DNA of 34,004 nt from an uncultured Bacilli bacterium (GTDB lineage Bacteria; Bacillota_I; Bacilli_A; RF39; UBA660): the NCBI GenBank assembly GCA_947599755.1, contig CANQFO010000003.1, positions 1 through 34,004 on the forward strand, given 5' to 3'. Made by a program: the position numbers and the translations under genes. The first letter of the stretch is position 1; every line of letters begins with the position of its first letter. Below, piece by piece: positions 18,998 to 27,609 of this stretch. Under the pieces are notes generated by a model that saw nothing but the letters and a program-made list of their open reading frames with translations, had not been told where the DNA came from and did no database searches.

Positions 18998-19540
18998 ATG
19001 AAAAAAATAATAATAATTTTTCTTGCAATATTTTTATGTATTCCAATTGTATCCAATGCTGTTGCTACTAATTCATCTAGTTTTGCAAAAGAAAAGATTT
19101 ATATACTATATGATAGTAGTAATTGTAAAGAATGCAATCAATATAAAGAAACATTGGAAGAATATTATAAAAACGATAATCGCGTATATATAGAATATAT
19201 CTCTGTTGATAAGAATCAAGAATTAGTAAAAAAGATCAAAAAAAATTTAAATATCAAGCGTGATAAATTTCCCATAACTATTATTGGTACTACTTATTTT
19301 AAGGGATTCAATCAGAGAATAATGAAAAAAATAAAAAGGGCGGTTCAAAATTATCAAAAAGAAGATAAATATTGTGATATTGTTGATAGTATAAAAAATC
19401 AAAAAAATATAGAAAAATGTCTAAAAGATAATCAAGGAATAAATCAAGAAAATCACATGATTATCGTAATTGGATTAATTATAATAGCAATCTTGATTTG
19501 TTTAATAAGTTTTAAGAAAAAGAAAATGAAATCTAAGTAA
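18998..19540 (+). CDS. Exported thioredoxin/glutaredoxin-fold protein with C-terminal TM anchor
   Basis: Signal peptide, IYILY..SNCKEC (CxxC), cis-Pro-like FPITIIG...F.GF, then a C-terminal TM and basic tail. Confidence 0.75.
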   Translation: MKKIIIIFLAIFLCIPIVSNAVATNSSSFAKEKIYILYDSSNCKECNQYKETLEEYYKNDNRVYIEYISVDKNQELVKKIKKNLNIKRDKFPITIIGTTYFKGFNQRIMKKIKRAVQNYQKEDKYCDIVDSIKNQKNIEKCLKDNQGINQENHMIIVIGLIIIAILICLISFKKKKMKSK

Positions 19541-19689
19541 ATATTCATTTTCTTTTTCTACATGAATGAAAAATAAAAAGCTAAGATTTGACAAGTCTTC
19601 AAATTAAAACAGTTAAAAGATAAAGAGAAAACAAACAAAGTTTTAGATAAAAAGAGGAAGAAGAATAATAAAATATTATTGAATAAAAG

Positions 19690-19718
19690 TTGCATAAAGT
19701 TGAAAAATAATATATAAT
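19690..19718 (+). promoter_or_regulatory. sigmaA promoter of the SipW operon
   Basis: TTGCAT-17 bp-TATAAT. Confidence 0.7.
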
Positions 19719-19788
19719 CTAATTAAAGATAAGAAAAAAAACTAGATATTCTTATCCAAAGAAAAATTAGAAAGTAGAGGAAAGATTT

Positions 19789-20334
19789 ATGCAAAAAGAT
19801 CGAAAAATAAGAGCAATGGCCATTACGATTATAGGAATAGCAGTCATAGGATTATCAATTGGATATGCAACACTAAGTCAAGTATTAAATATTTCAGGTA
19901 CAGCAAACATAAAAGGTCAAAATTGGGATGTAGTATTTGAGGATTTAAAAGAACCAACAGCCAATGACGGATTAGTAGGATCAGCAAAAGGAGTGAGTGC
20001 AAGCTTAACCACCACAACCCTAAGTTTTGCAGCAGAATTAAGCTTACCAGGAGATGCAATTACTTATCGCTTCAAAGTAGCAAACAACGGAACAATTGAT
20101 GCAATTTTAAGTGAAGTACCAGTATTATCTGGATTATCAGAAGCTCAAGCTCAAAATGTAGTATATGAATTTACTTATGAAGATGGAACACTAATTAAAG
20201 CAAACGATGAATTACCAGCAGGAGAAACAAAAAATTTAAAATTAGTAATTAAATTTGATGCAGATGCAACAACAGTATCAGAAGAAGATAAACAATTATC
20301 TTTATCAACTACAATGAACTATGTTCAAAAATAA
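19789..20334 (+). CDS. TasA/camelysin-like protein with SipW-type signal peptide (putative major fibre subunit)
   Basis: Hydrophobic leader ending SIGYA|TLS, and PGDAITYRFKVANNGTIDA motif. Adjacent to sipW. Confidence 0.72.
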   Translation: MQKDRKIRAMAITIIGIAVIGLSIGYATLSQVLNISGTANIKGQNWDVVFEDLKEPTANDGLVGSAKGVSASLTTTTLSFAAELSLPGDAITYRFKVANNGTIDAILSEVPVLSGLSEAQAQNVVYEFTYEDGTLIKANDELPAGETKNLKLVIKFDADATTVSEEDKQLSLSTTMNYVQK

Positions 20335-20358
20335 AAAAGAATAAAGTGGTGACCAGCA

Positions 20359-21498
20359 ATGAAAAAAAGTCAAATAAAAATGTTGGGATTAGAAAGTGTC
20401 ATAATGATTGGGTTAATCATCAATGCACTTTTCATAAAAAAATTCGAACTAACAAATTTGGCCAATATCATTGTATGGTCATTCATTGTTCTATGCACGA
20501 AATATTTAATTGGAATCGAAAAAGACAAAAGTCTAAATCGAATAGATACAATTCAAATTATTTTTATTTATACCTTTTTATATCTATTAATCATGTATTT
20601 AATTGGAGTAGGAGTAGGATTTAACCGAAATCCATATAAAATTACAATACTGAATATCATAAAAAATATTACCCCTTTATTAATAGTGATTACAGCTCAA
20701 GAAATATTTCGATTTAATATTACAATAAAAGGAAAAGATAATAAATTGGTAATTACAGGATTAATTTTACTCTTTATTAGTATGGATATCATGTTTAATT
20801 TTAAATATTATAGTTATACAAGTGGATTAGAAATTTTTGAAGTAATTGGAATTTTAATTTTACCAAGTATAGCAGATAATTTGATATTAACCTTTATTAC
20901 TTCAAAAAGTGGATATTCCCCTACGATTATATATCGACTAATGTTAGCAAGTAGAAATTACTTAATACCAATTATTCCAGATTTAGACATTTATCTAGAA
21001 TCAGTATTAAAAATTGTTTTTCCAACAATTTTATTTTTGAAATTTAATACAATATATGCAAAAAACAAATTTACACTAGCACCAAGAAACCAATTAGGAA
21101 AACATATCATGACAACAACAATGACTGCAGTAGCAATAGCATTTATCGCTCTAGTTTCAGGAATATTTAGATATTATGCAATTTCCATTGGATCAGAATC
21201 AATGGAACCAAACATAAAAAAAGGAGATGCCGTAGTTTTAGAAAAAATAGAAAAAGTAGATAGAGAAAAAGAAGTAAAGAAAGGAGTCATTATTGCTTAT
21301 CGCCATGGTAAGAAAGTAATTGTTCATAGAATTAATAAAATAGAAGAAAAAAATGGAGAAAAGCAAATCACAACCAAAGGAGACAATAACGAAGTAGTAG
21401 ATAATTGGATAGTAGAAGAATCTGATATATTGGGAATAGTAAGAGCAAAAATTCCCGTAATTGGATGGCCATCCGTATGGTTAAGTGAAAGATTATAA
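20359..21498 (+). CDS. sipW: SipW-type (S26B, Ser-His) signal peptidase I fused to a multi-pass N-terminal membrane domain
   Basis: GSESMEP.IKKGD, IVHRI, TKGDNN..VD, IPVIGW. About 250 aa of hydrophobic helices precede the catalytic domain. Confidence 0.85.
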   Translation: MKKSQIKMLGLESVIMIGLIINALFIKKFELTNLANIIVWSFIVLCTKYLIGIEKDKSLNRIDTIQIIFIYTFLYLLIMYLIGVGVGFNRNPYKITILNIIKNITPLLIVITAQEIFRFNITIKGKDNKLVITGLILLFISMDIMFNFKYYSYTSGLEIFEVIGILILPSIADNLILTFITSKSGYSPTIIYRLMLASRNYLIPIIPDLDIYLESVLKIVFPTILFLKFNTIYAKNKFTLAPRNQLGKHIMTTTMTAVAIAFIALVSGIFRYYAISIGSESMEPNIKKGDAVVLEKIEKVDREKEVKKGVIIAYRHGKKVIVHRINKIEEKNGEKQITTKGDNNEVVDNWIVEESDILGIVRAKIPVIGWPSVWLSERL

Positions 21499-21512
21499 AA
21501 GGAGGAAATAGT

Positions 21513-22565
21513 GTGAAACAAAAGCAAAAAAAGAAATTCATTATCAATAAAAAATGGATACCAAACATAGTTTTATTAGGAATATCAATTATCTTAACGA
21601 TTGCTTTTGCACTTTTTTCTCTAATGAAAAATAGAGTAGAAAAAGTAACATACACAGAAAATAGTAATATAGACTACATGGTATGTTTAAAAAAGAATAA
21701 TTATTTCAAAGAAAAATGTTTAGACAATACCAAAAATTCTTATGTTGCAGATATCTTAGATTATATAACACTAGATTTTTCTTATTTCATGAACGTATCA
21801 ACAAAAATAGATCAAGAATATAACTATAATATTACAGCCAAAATTTTAGCAACAGATAAAGAAGATTCTAGTAAAGTAGTATACAACAAAACAACAACTT
21901 TAGTAGAAAATAAAAAAGTAAACGACAATTCTAAATCAATTGCTAATATGAAAGAACAAGTAAAAATTAATTATGCTGATTACAATGATATAATTACCAA
22001 TTTTAAAAAAGACTATGTTTTAGCACTCGATGCCAATTTAATTATTACGATGAATATTAATTACAAAGGAAAATATAGCAAAGATTTTGATGAAATCAAC
22101 ACAGCAAAACAAATGAGCGTAACAATTCCTCTTTCTGAACAAATGATTACCATAACAACCAGTACAAAAAAAGAAAATAAAACAAGTATCTTAGAGAAAA
22201 AAGAAAAAGGAAAAACAGATAAAATAATAATGAAAGGATTAATTGGATTAGATGCTATTTTAGCAGGAATATTGATTTTTTCCATTATGAAAAGCCTTCC
22301 ATATAAAAAAGAATATCTAAAAGAATTAGAAAAAATATTAAAAGAATATGATCGAGCCATCGTATCAACAAACAATTTACCAAGCTTTAAAAATCATAAT
22401 CAAATAGAAGTACCAACTTTTGAAGAATTACTTGATGCAAGAGAAAACTTAGAACGACCAATATTATATTACCAATCTAAAACAGAAGATAAAGTAATTT
22501 TCTGCATTATGGCAAACAAAGAAGTCTATATTTATACACTAGAAGCAAAGGATAAAAAATCATGA
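21513..22565 (+). CDS. DUF5305-like membrane protein
   Basis: GTG start with GGAGG. TM, large extracellular domain, TM, then cytoplasmic tail EVPTFEELLDA...ERPILY. This layout is typical next to sipW. Confidence 0.68.
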   Translation: MKQKQKKKFIINKKWIPNIVLLGISIILTIAFALFSLMKNRVEKVTYTENSNIDYMVCLKKNNYFKEKCLDNTKNSYVADILDYITLDFSYFMNVSTKIDQEYNYNITAKILATDKEDSSKVVYNKTTTLVENKKVNDNSKSIANMKEQVKINYADYNDIITNFKKDYVLALDANLIITMNINYKGKYSKDFDEINTAKQMSVTIPLSEQMITITTSTKKENKTSILEKKEKGKTDKIIMKGLIGLDAILAGILIFSIMKSLPYKKEYLKELEKILKEYDRAIVSTNNLPSFKNHNQIEVPTFEELLDARENLERPILYYQSKTEDKVIFCIMANKEVYIYTLEAKDKKS

Positions 22566-23794
22566 AAAAAAGAAGAGAAAGTTTAAAAATAAAACTTGCA
22601 AGACTACAACCATATCAAATAAGAAACATAGTAGTAATAGCAATGAGTTTAATTTTTATTACTACTTTATCCGTAGGATATTCCATTTTATCGCAAACAT
22701 TAAAGATAGAAGGAGAAGTAGCATTACGTGCTCAAAAAGATATACGAATTCAAAAAATTGGAGAATTTAAATCCACAAATGAAGGATATGATATTTATAA
22801 TCCAAAATATGATACCAACAGCATTACCACAAATATTGCTCTACCAAATATAGATTCAACAGTTACCTATACAGTAGAAATTAAAAACAATAAAAATATT
22901 GCTATGGATGTAACCGATATAGAAAAAAAAGCTTATAATAATGATAATATAATCTATGAATTCTCAGGAATGCATATAGGATATATATTATATCCAAATA
23001 CAACCACAACTTTTACCATCACGTTTAAATATCCAGAAGCAACAACAATTCTACCAGAAGAAAAAAGATTAGGAGCAAACATTGTTTTTACATTCGAACA
23101 ACATAAAGAACCACAAACTGAACAACCAAAAGAATATATTATAGATGAAAATATATTAAATTTAAGTGGAGAAGAAAGAAACGAAAACAATCTATGGCTA
23201 GATAAAGAAAACAAAAAAGGAGCCAAATTAGAAAAAGTAATCTATAATGAAACAAAAAAAGCTTACCAATTTAGTAATGAATCATATGCAATAATAGAAG
23301 AACAAACAATCCCAGAAAATAATAATTTTACAATGGAAATTTATTTTTCATATCCAAATGATATCGAACAAAATCAAGAGCAAACAATTATCTATAAAGA
23401 AAGTAAAGAGAAAAATTTTAGTGATTTTGGAATATTTGCAAAAAAAATGGACAATAAAAAAATGCTAGTTTTAACTTATATCGATCCACTGAATCAGATA
23501 CCAAAAGAAATAATCATATCAGATCAAGCAAAAGAAAATGAACTTTATTCCATTCAAATTATAAAAGAAAATAACGAATGGAAAATTTATCAAGATGCAA
23601 TTTTAAAAAGAACTGAACAAATCAATGGAAATTTAAGAATTTCTAATACTCCATTACAAATTGGTAAAGGAAAAACAGAAAAACCATCTTTCTATCATGG
23701 AGATATTTATACAATTAGAGTATATAATAAAGCATTAACAAAAGAAGAAATCATAACCAATCAAAATTTAGATAATGACCTTTATAACAATTAA
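22562..23794 (+). CDS. SipW-substrate-like protein: TasA-like N-domain plus C-terminal LamG/concanavalin-A-like domain
   Basis: SVGYS|ILSQTLKIEG parallels 19789 (SIGYA|TLSQVLNISG). LP..DSTVTYTVEIKN. C-terminus FTMEI...LQIGK...FYHGDIYTIRVYNKALTKEEI. Confidence 0.75.
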   Translation: MKKRRESLKIKLARLQPYQIRNIVVIAMSLIFITTLSVGYSILSQTLKIEGEVALRAQKDIRIQKIGEFKSTNEGYDIYNPKYDTNSITTNIALPNIDSTVTYTVEIKNNKNIAMDVTDIEKKAYNNDNIIYEFSGMHIGYILYPNTTTTFTITFKYPEATTILPEEKRLGANIVFTFEQHKEPQTEQPKEYIIDENILNLSGEERNENNLWLDKENKKGAKLEKVIYNETKKAYQFSNESYAIIEEQTIPENNNFTMEIYFSYPNDIEQNQEQTIIYKESKEKNFSDFGIFAKKMDNKKMLVLTYIDPLNQIPKEIIISDQAKENELYSIQIIKENNEWKIYQDAILKRTEQINGNLRISNTPLQIGKGKTEKPSFYHGDIYTIRVYNKALTKEEIITNQNLDNDLYNN

Positions 23795-23850
23795 TACAAT
23801 TGAAAAAATATCAAAAAATGATATCATAAGAAAGAAACAAGAGGTGTAAA

Positions 23851-24408
23851 ATGTATTATAATAGGAAAAAAGAATTACTGAAAAACGGAATAATCATTAC
23901 AATAATTTTATTACTAGCAGTAATCTCTACTCATCATATATATTATAAATTTAAAGGAGAAAGAGATATCGACTATAATCTAAAATCATTAGAAATTATT
24001 TATCATGAAAAAAGTGCCAATAAAATTACATTAAATAAAATTACCCCTGTATCAGACGCAGTAGGATTATCTTCTAGAGCATATACTTTCACCGTAAAAA
24101 ACAATTTACAAAAGGAAATAGAATATGAAATTCTTCTAGAAGAAGATAAAGAAACCATTCAAAAAGAAGAATGCGGAGAATACCAAATTCCCAAAAATTT
24201 AATTAGGGTAGCAATAAAAGAAGAAAACGAAAAAGCACAAATCTATACAATGAGTGATTTAACAAAAAATAGTTTAAAAAAACAAATTCTAAAACCATTA
24301 AGACAAAAAGATTATACAATTAGAGTATGGACAAGTAATGGAAGTTCTCTACCAAACGGTTCAAATTTACATTATCACGGAATAATCAAGGTAAAAGAAA
24401 TAGAGTAA
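23851..24408 (+). CDS. Small exported/membrane-anchored beta-sandwich protein, possibly TasA-related
   Basis: SD GAGGTG. N-terminal TM, PVSDAVGL..RAYTFTVKN, YTIRVW. A possible own promoter is TTGAAA (23800)...TGaTATCAT (23819-23827). Confidence 0.65.
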   Translation: MYYNRKKELLKNGIIITIILLLAVISTHHIYYKFKGERDIDYNLKSLEIIYHEKSANKITLNKITPVSDAVGLSSRAYTFTVKNNLQKEIEYEILLEEDKETIQKEECGEYQIPKNLIRVAIKEENEKAQIYTMSDLTKNSLKKQILKPLRQKDYTIRVWTSNGSSLPNGSNLHYHGIIKVKEIE

Positions 24409-24426
24409 CAAGAAAAGGTGATTGTA

Positions 24427-24873
24427 ATGAATATAGATTTAACCCCATTATATAACAGAACACAAAAAGAAATAGAAATAAACAATACATACCAAATTCC
24501 CCAAAGTTATTATCAAAACAGTACAGTAAAGAAAATAAAAGATTTAAAAGTAAAAGCAAAGATATCTCTTTTAGATTCCGATGAAAAAGAAGAACCAAAA
24601 GAATATATTGAAGCAAGGATAAAAGGAATTTTAATATTAGAAGATTCTATCTCCTTAGAAAACATAGAATATCCATTTTCTATAGATTATGACGATATTT
24701 TAGAAGAAAATTGTAAAAAAAATGAAAATACACTTGATATATTTCAATTTTTATGGGAAAATATTGTACTAGAGATCCCCTTACAATTTACTAAGGTAGA
24801 AGATCTCAGTAAATTTCATGGGGATGGATGGAAATTAATTAGCGAAGATGAATTAGAAACAACTAAGAATTAA
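24427..24873 (+). CDS. yceD: YceD/DUF177 family protein
   Basis: LDIFQFLWENIVLEIP...GDGWKLISEDE, immediately upstream of rpmF (conserved synteny). SD AAGGTGA favours ATG 24427 over GTG 24418. Confidence 0.85.
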   Translation: MNIDLTPLYNRTQKEIEINNTYQIPQSYYQNSTVKKIKDLKVKAKISLLDSDEKEEPKEYIEARIKGILILEDSISLENIEYPFSIDYDDILEENCKKNENTLDIFQFLWENIVLEIPLQFTKVEDLSKFHGDGWKLISEDELETTKN

Positions 24874-24910
24874 TTGAAAGAAATCAAAGACGATGAAAAG
24901 GAGTGATAAT

Positions 24911-25123
24911 ATGATGAAATTAAACATTCAAATGTTCGCAGTACCTTTCCGTAAAGTATCAAAAACAAGAAAAAGATTAAGAAGAAGTCATAATGCTATG
25001 GAAATACCAGGAATGACAAAATGTCCTACATGTGGAGAAATGATTAAACCACATAGAGTATGTAAAAATTGCGGAAATTACAAGAAAAAACAAATTATAG
25101 AACCAAAAGAGAAAACAGTATAG
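24911..25123 (+). CDS. rpmF: 50S ribosomal protein L32 (Zn-ribbon type) with N-terminal extension
   Basis: [18 protein letters not shown]...CPTCG...[22 protein letters not shown] (24898-24906) places the start at ATG 24911 or 24914. Confidence 0.96.
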   Translation: MMKLNIQMFAVPFRKVSKTRKRLRRSHNAMEIPGMTKCPTCGEMIKPHRVCKNCGNYKKKQIIEPKEKTV

Positions 25124-25145
25124 AACTAAAAATAGTTCTTTTTTT
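25122..25145 (+). terminator. Rho-independent terminator of rpmF
   Basis: agaacta-aaaa-tagttct followed by a T run. Confidence 0.75.
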
Positions 25146-25207
25146 ATGATGAAAAAAGAAAATAAAATATCAAGAAAAAATCTTCTCACTTTCTAAAACC
25201 ATTCATC

Positions 25208-25236
25208 TTGCGTCAATAACCAATCAATTATATAAT
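25208..25236 (+). promoter_or_regulatory. sigmaA promoter of addBA
   Basis: TTGCGT-17 bp-TATAAT. Confidence 0.65.
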
Positions 25237-25251
25237 AAAGATGGTGATAAA

Positions 25252-27609
25252 ATGTTAGAAAAAAAACAAGAAGAAACGATAATTGTATGTCCTAATGCAG
25301 AAAAAATAAAAATTTTAAATCAACAAGAACAAGAGCAAGAACTTCGTCAAATAAAATTTATGACCAAAGAAGAATTTAAACAATCCTATTTTTTTACATA
25401 TGATGCCAAAACATATGAATACTTATTAAAAAAATATCACTATAATTTAGATGTAATCAAAGTATACTTAGAAAATCTATATGTAATCGATGAACATAAA
25501 AATTACAAAAATGAAAAACTAAATTTTTTAAAAAATTTAAAAATAGAATTAAAAGAAAACAACTTACTAGAAGAAAATCATCTTTTTCAATCTTATATAA
25601 AAAATAGGAAAATTCAAGTAAAAAATTATTATGATTTAGAAAAATACGAAGAACAAATGCTAAAAACAACCCTATCTTACAAACCAAAGCCAATCTTGAA
25701 AGAAGTTATAGAGTACGAAACACTTGAAGAAGAAGTAAATGGAGTTTGTTTAAAAATTATACAATTATTAAAGCAAAAAGTAGATATAAATAAGATTTAC
25801 TTAACTAATATTACAGAAGAATATAATTATACAATAGAAAAACTATTTTCATATTATCATATTCCCATTAATCTAAAAACCAATACATCAATTTATGGAA
25901 CAAAAGTAGTAAAAGATTTTTTAAAAGAACAAAAATTAGATTTAGAAAATAAAAATAAAGCAAAAATCAATAAGAAATTGATTAATATATTAGCAAAATT
26001 ATCAAATATTGAACAAGATTCAGAAGAATATAAAATTCTTTTAGAAGATGAACTAAAAAATACCCTATATAAGATGAAAAAATTTCAAAATGCCATACAA
26101 ATAAAAGATTTATACCAAGAAACATTTACTGATGATGAATATGTTTTCGTATTAGGATTTAATCAAGATGTATTACCAAAATTAGATAAGGATACAGATT
26201 ATATCAATGATGCAATAAAAGAAGAAGTACCCCTATATTCAACTAAAGAAAAAAATAAACGAAAAAATTTAGCATTAACAGAAATTTTAGGAAAAATTAA
26301 AAATTTATTTTTATCTTATAAATTATCCTCTCCATTTCAAACATTTTATCGTTCTAGCTTAATTAATGATCTAAATTTAAAAGTAATAAAAGAAGATCAA
26401 GAAACTTATACATATTCTAATCAATATAATAAATTAAGATTAGCCGAAAAACTAGATTTATATTATTTATACAATGAAATAGATCAATCATTAAAAACTT
26501 TGTATACACATTATCAAATTCCATATAAAAGCTATAAAAATGACTTTACAGGAATAAAAATAGATAAATACTTAGAAAACTTACCTTATCCTTTAAAATT
26601 ATCATATACATCATTAAATACCTATAATGAATGTAAATTTAAATATTACATAAAATATATTTTAAATCTAGAACCATATACAAAAACCTTTGCTACTTTT
26701 ATAGGATCTCTATATCATAAAATTTTATCTCTATATCAAAAAACAAATTTTAATTTTGAAGAAGAATATAACAAATACATAAAAGAACATGAGTTAACAT
26801 TAAAAGATAAATTATTATTAAAAAAGATTAAAAAAGATTTATTAAAATTAATTGATATATTGAACCAACAACAATTAATAACTGGATTTGATAATTTCTA
26901 TTTTGAAAAAAAAATAGAAATCCCAATTAAGCAAAGTATTTCAGTAATATTTACTGGATATATTGATAAAATTATGTATTATCAAAAAATAGAAGATACC
27001 TATTTTTCTATCATTGACTATAAAACAGGAACAATTGATACACATATTGAACCGATGAAATATGGACTACATATGCAATTACCAGTATATTTATATTTAA
27101 TTCATTATTCAAAAGTATTTTCTAATCCAATTTTTACAGGTATATATTATCAAAATATTTTATTTAATTACCCAACATGGAATAATAAAGACTTACAACA
27201 ACAAGAAAAAGAAAAATATATGCTTCAAGGTTATTCAACAGAAGACATTACAATTTTAGAAAAATTTGATTCAACTGTAGCAAAAAGTGAATACATAAAA
27301 AGCATGTCCTATAATGAAGAAAAAGGATTCGGAACATATAGTAAAATTTTAAATAATGACACACTATTTGAACTAATCCAATTTACCAAAAACCATATCG
27401 AAGAAAAAACAGAGCAAATATTAGCAGCTGATTTTAAAATTAATCCAAAAGTATATGATGGAAAAAATATATCTTGTGAATATTGTAAATTTAATGATTT
27501 ATGCTATAAAAAAGAAGCAGATATTACATATTTAGAAAAAGTAGAAGATTTATCATTTTTAGGAGGAACAGATCATGGCATGGACAAAGGAACAGCAACA
27601 AGCAATTGA
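25252..27609 (+). CDS. addB: AddB/RexB-like PD-(D/E)XK nuclease subunit with Fe-S staple
   Basis: LSYTSLNTYNECKFKYY, GSLYH, GYIDK...IIDYKTG, QLPVY, CEYCKFNDLC. Overlaps addA. Confidence 0.85.
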   Translation: MLEKKQEETIIVCPNAEKIKILNQQEQEQELRQIKFMTKEEFKQSYFFTYDAKTYEYLLKKYHYNLDVIKVYLENLYVIDEHKNYKNEKLNFLKNLKIELKENNLLEENHLFQSYIKNRKIQVKNYYDLEKYEEQMLKTTLSYKPKPILKEVIEYETLEEEVNGVCLKIIQLLKQKVDINKIYLTNITEEYNYTIEKLFSYYHIPINLKTNTSIYGTKVVKDFLKEQKLDLENKNKAKINKKLINILAKLSNIEQDSEEYKILLEDELKNTLYKMKKFQNAIQIKDLYQETFTDDEYVFVLGFNQDVLPKLDKDTDYINDAIKEEVPLYSTKEKNKRKNLALTEILGKIKNLFLSYKLSSPFQTFYRSSLINDLNLKVIKEDQETYTYSNQYNKLRLAEKLDLYYLYNEIDQSLKTLYTHYQIPYKSYKNDFTGIKIDKYLENLPYPLKLSYTSLNTYNECKFKYYIKYILNLEPYTKTFATFIGSLYHKILSLYQKTNFNFEEEYNKYIKEHELTLKDKLLLKKIKKDLLKLIDILNQQQLITGFDNFYFEKKIEIPIKQSISVIFTGYIDKIMYYQKIEDTYFSIIDYKTGTIDTHIEPMKYGLHMQLPVYLYLIHYSKVFSNPIFTGIYYQNILFNYPTWNNKDLQQQEKEKYMLQGYSTEDITILEKFDSTVAKSEYIKSMSYNEEKGFGTYSKILNNDTLFELIQFTKNHIEEKTEQILAADFKINPKVYDGKNISCEYCKFNDLCYKKEADITYLEKVEDLSFLGGTDHGMDKGTATSN

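Noticed and set aside
19728-19756. gataagaa/ttcttatc inverted repeat near the SipW operon transcription start
   Set aside because: An 8-bp AT-rich stem is plausible by chance at this base composition. It could be an operator, but this is unsupported.
20346-20624. 92-aa + strand ORF overlapping sipW
   Set aside because: Alternative frame inside a strongly supported gene, with no recognisable motif.
24893-24910. Longer L32 start (MKRSDN...)
   Set aside because: This ATG lies upstream of the SD and has no SD of its own. ATG 24911/24914 fits SD spacing.
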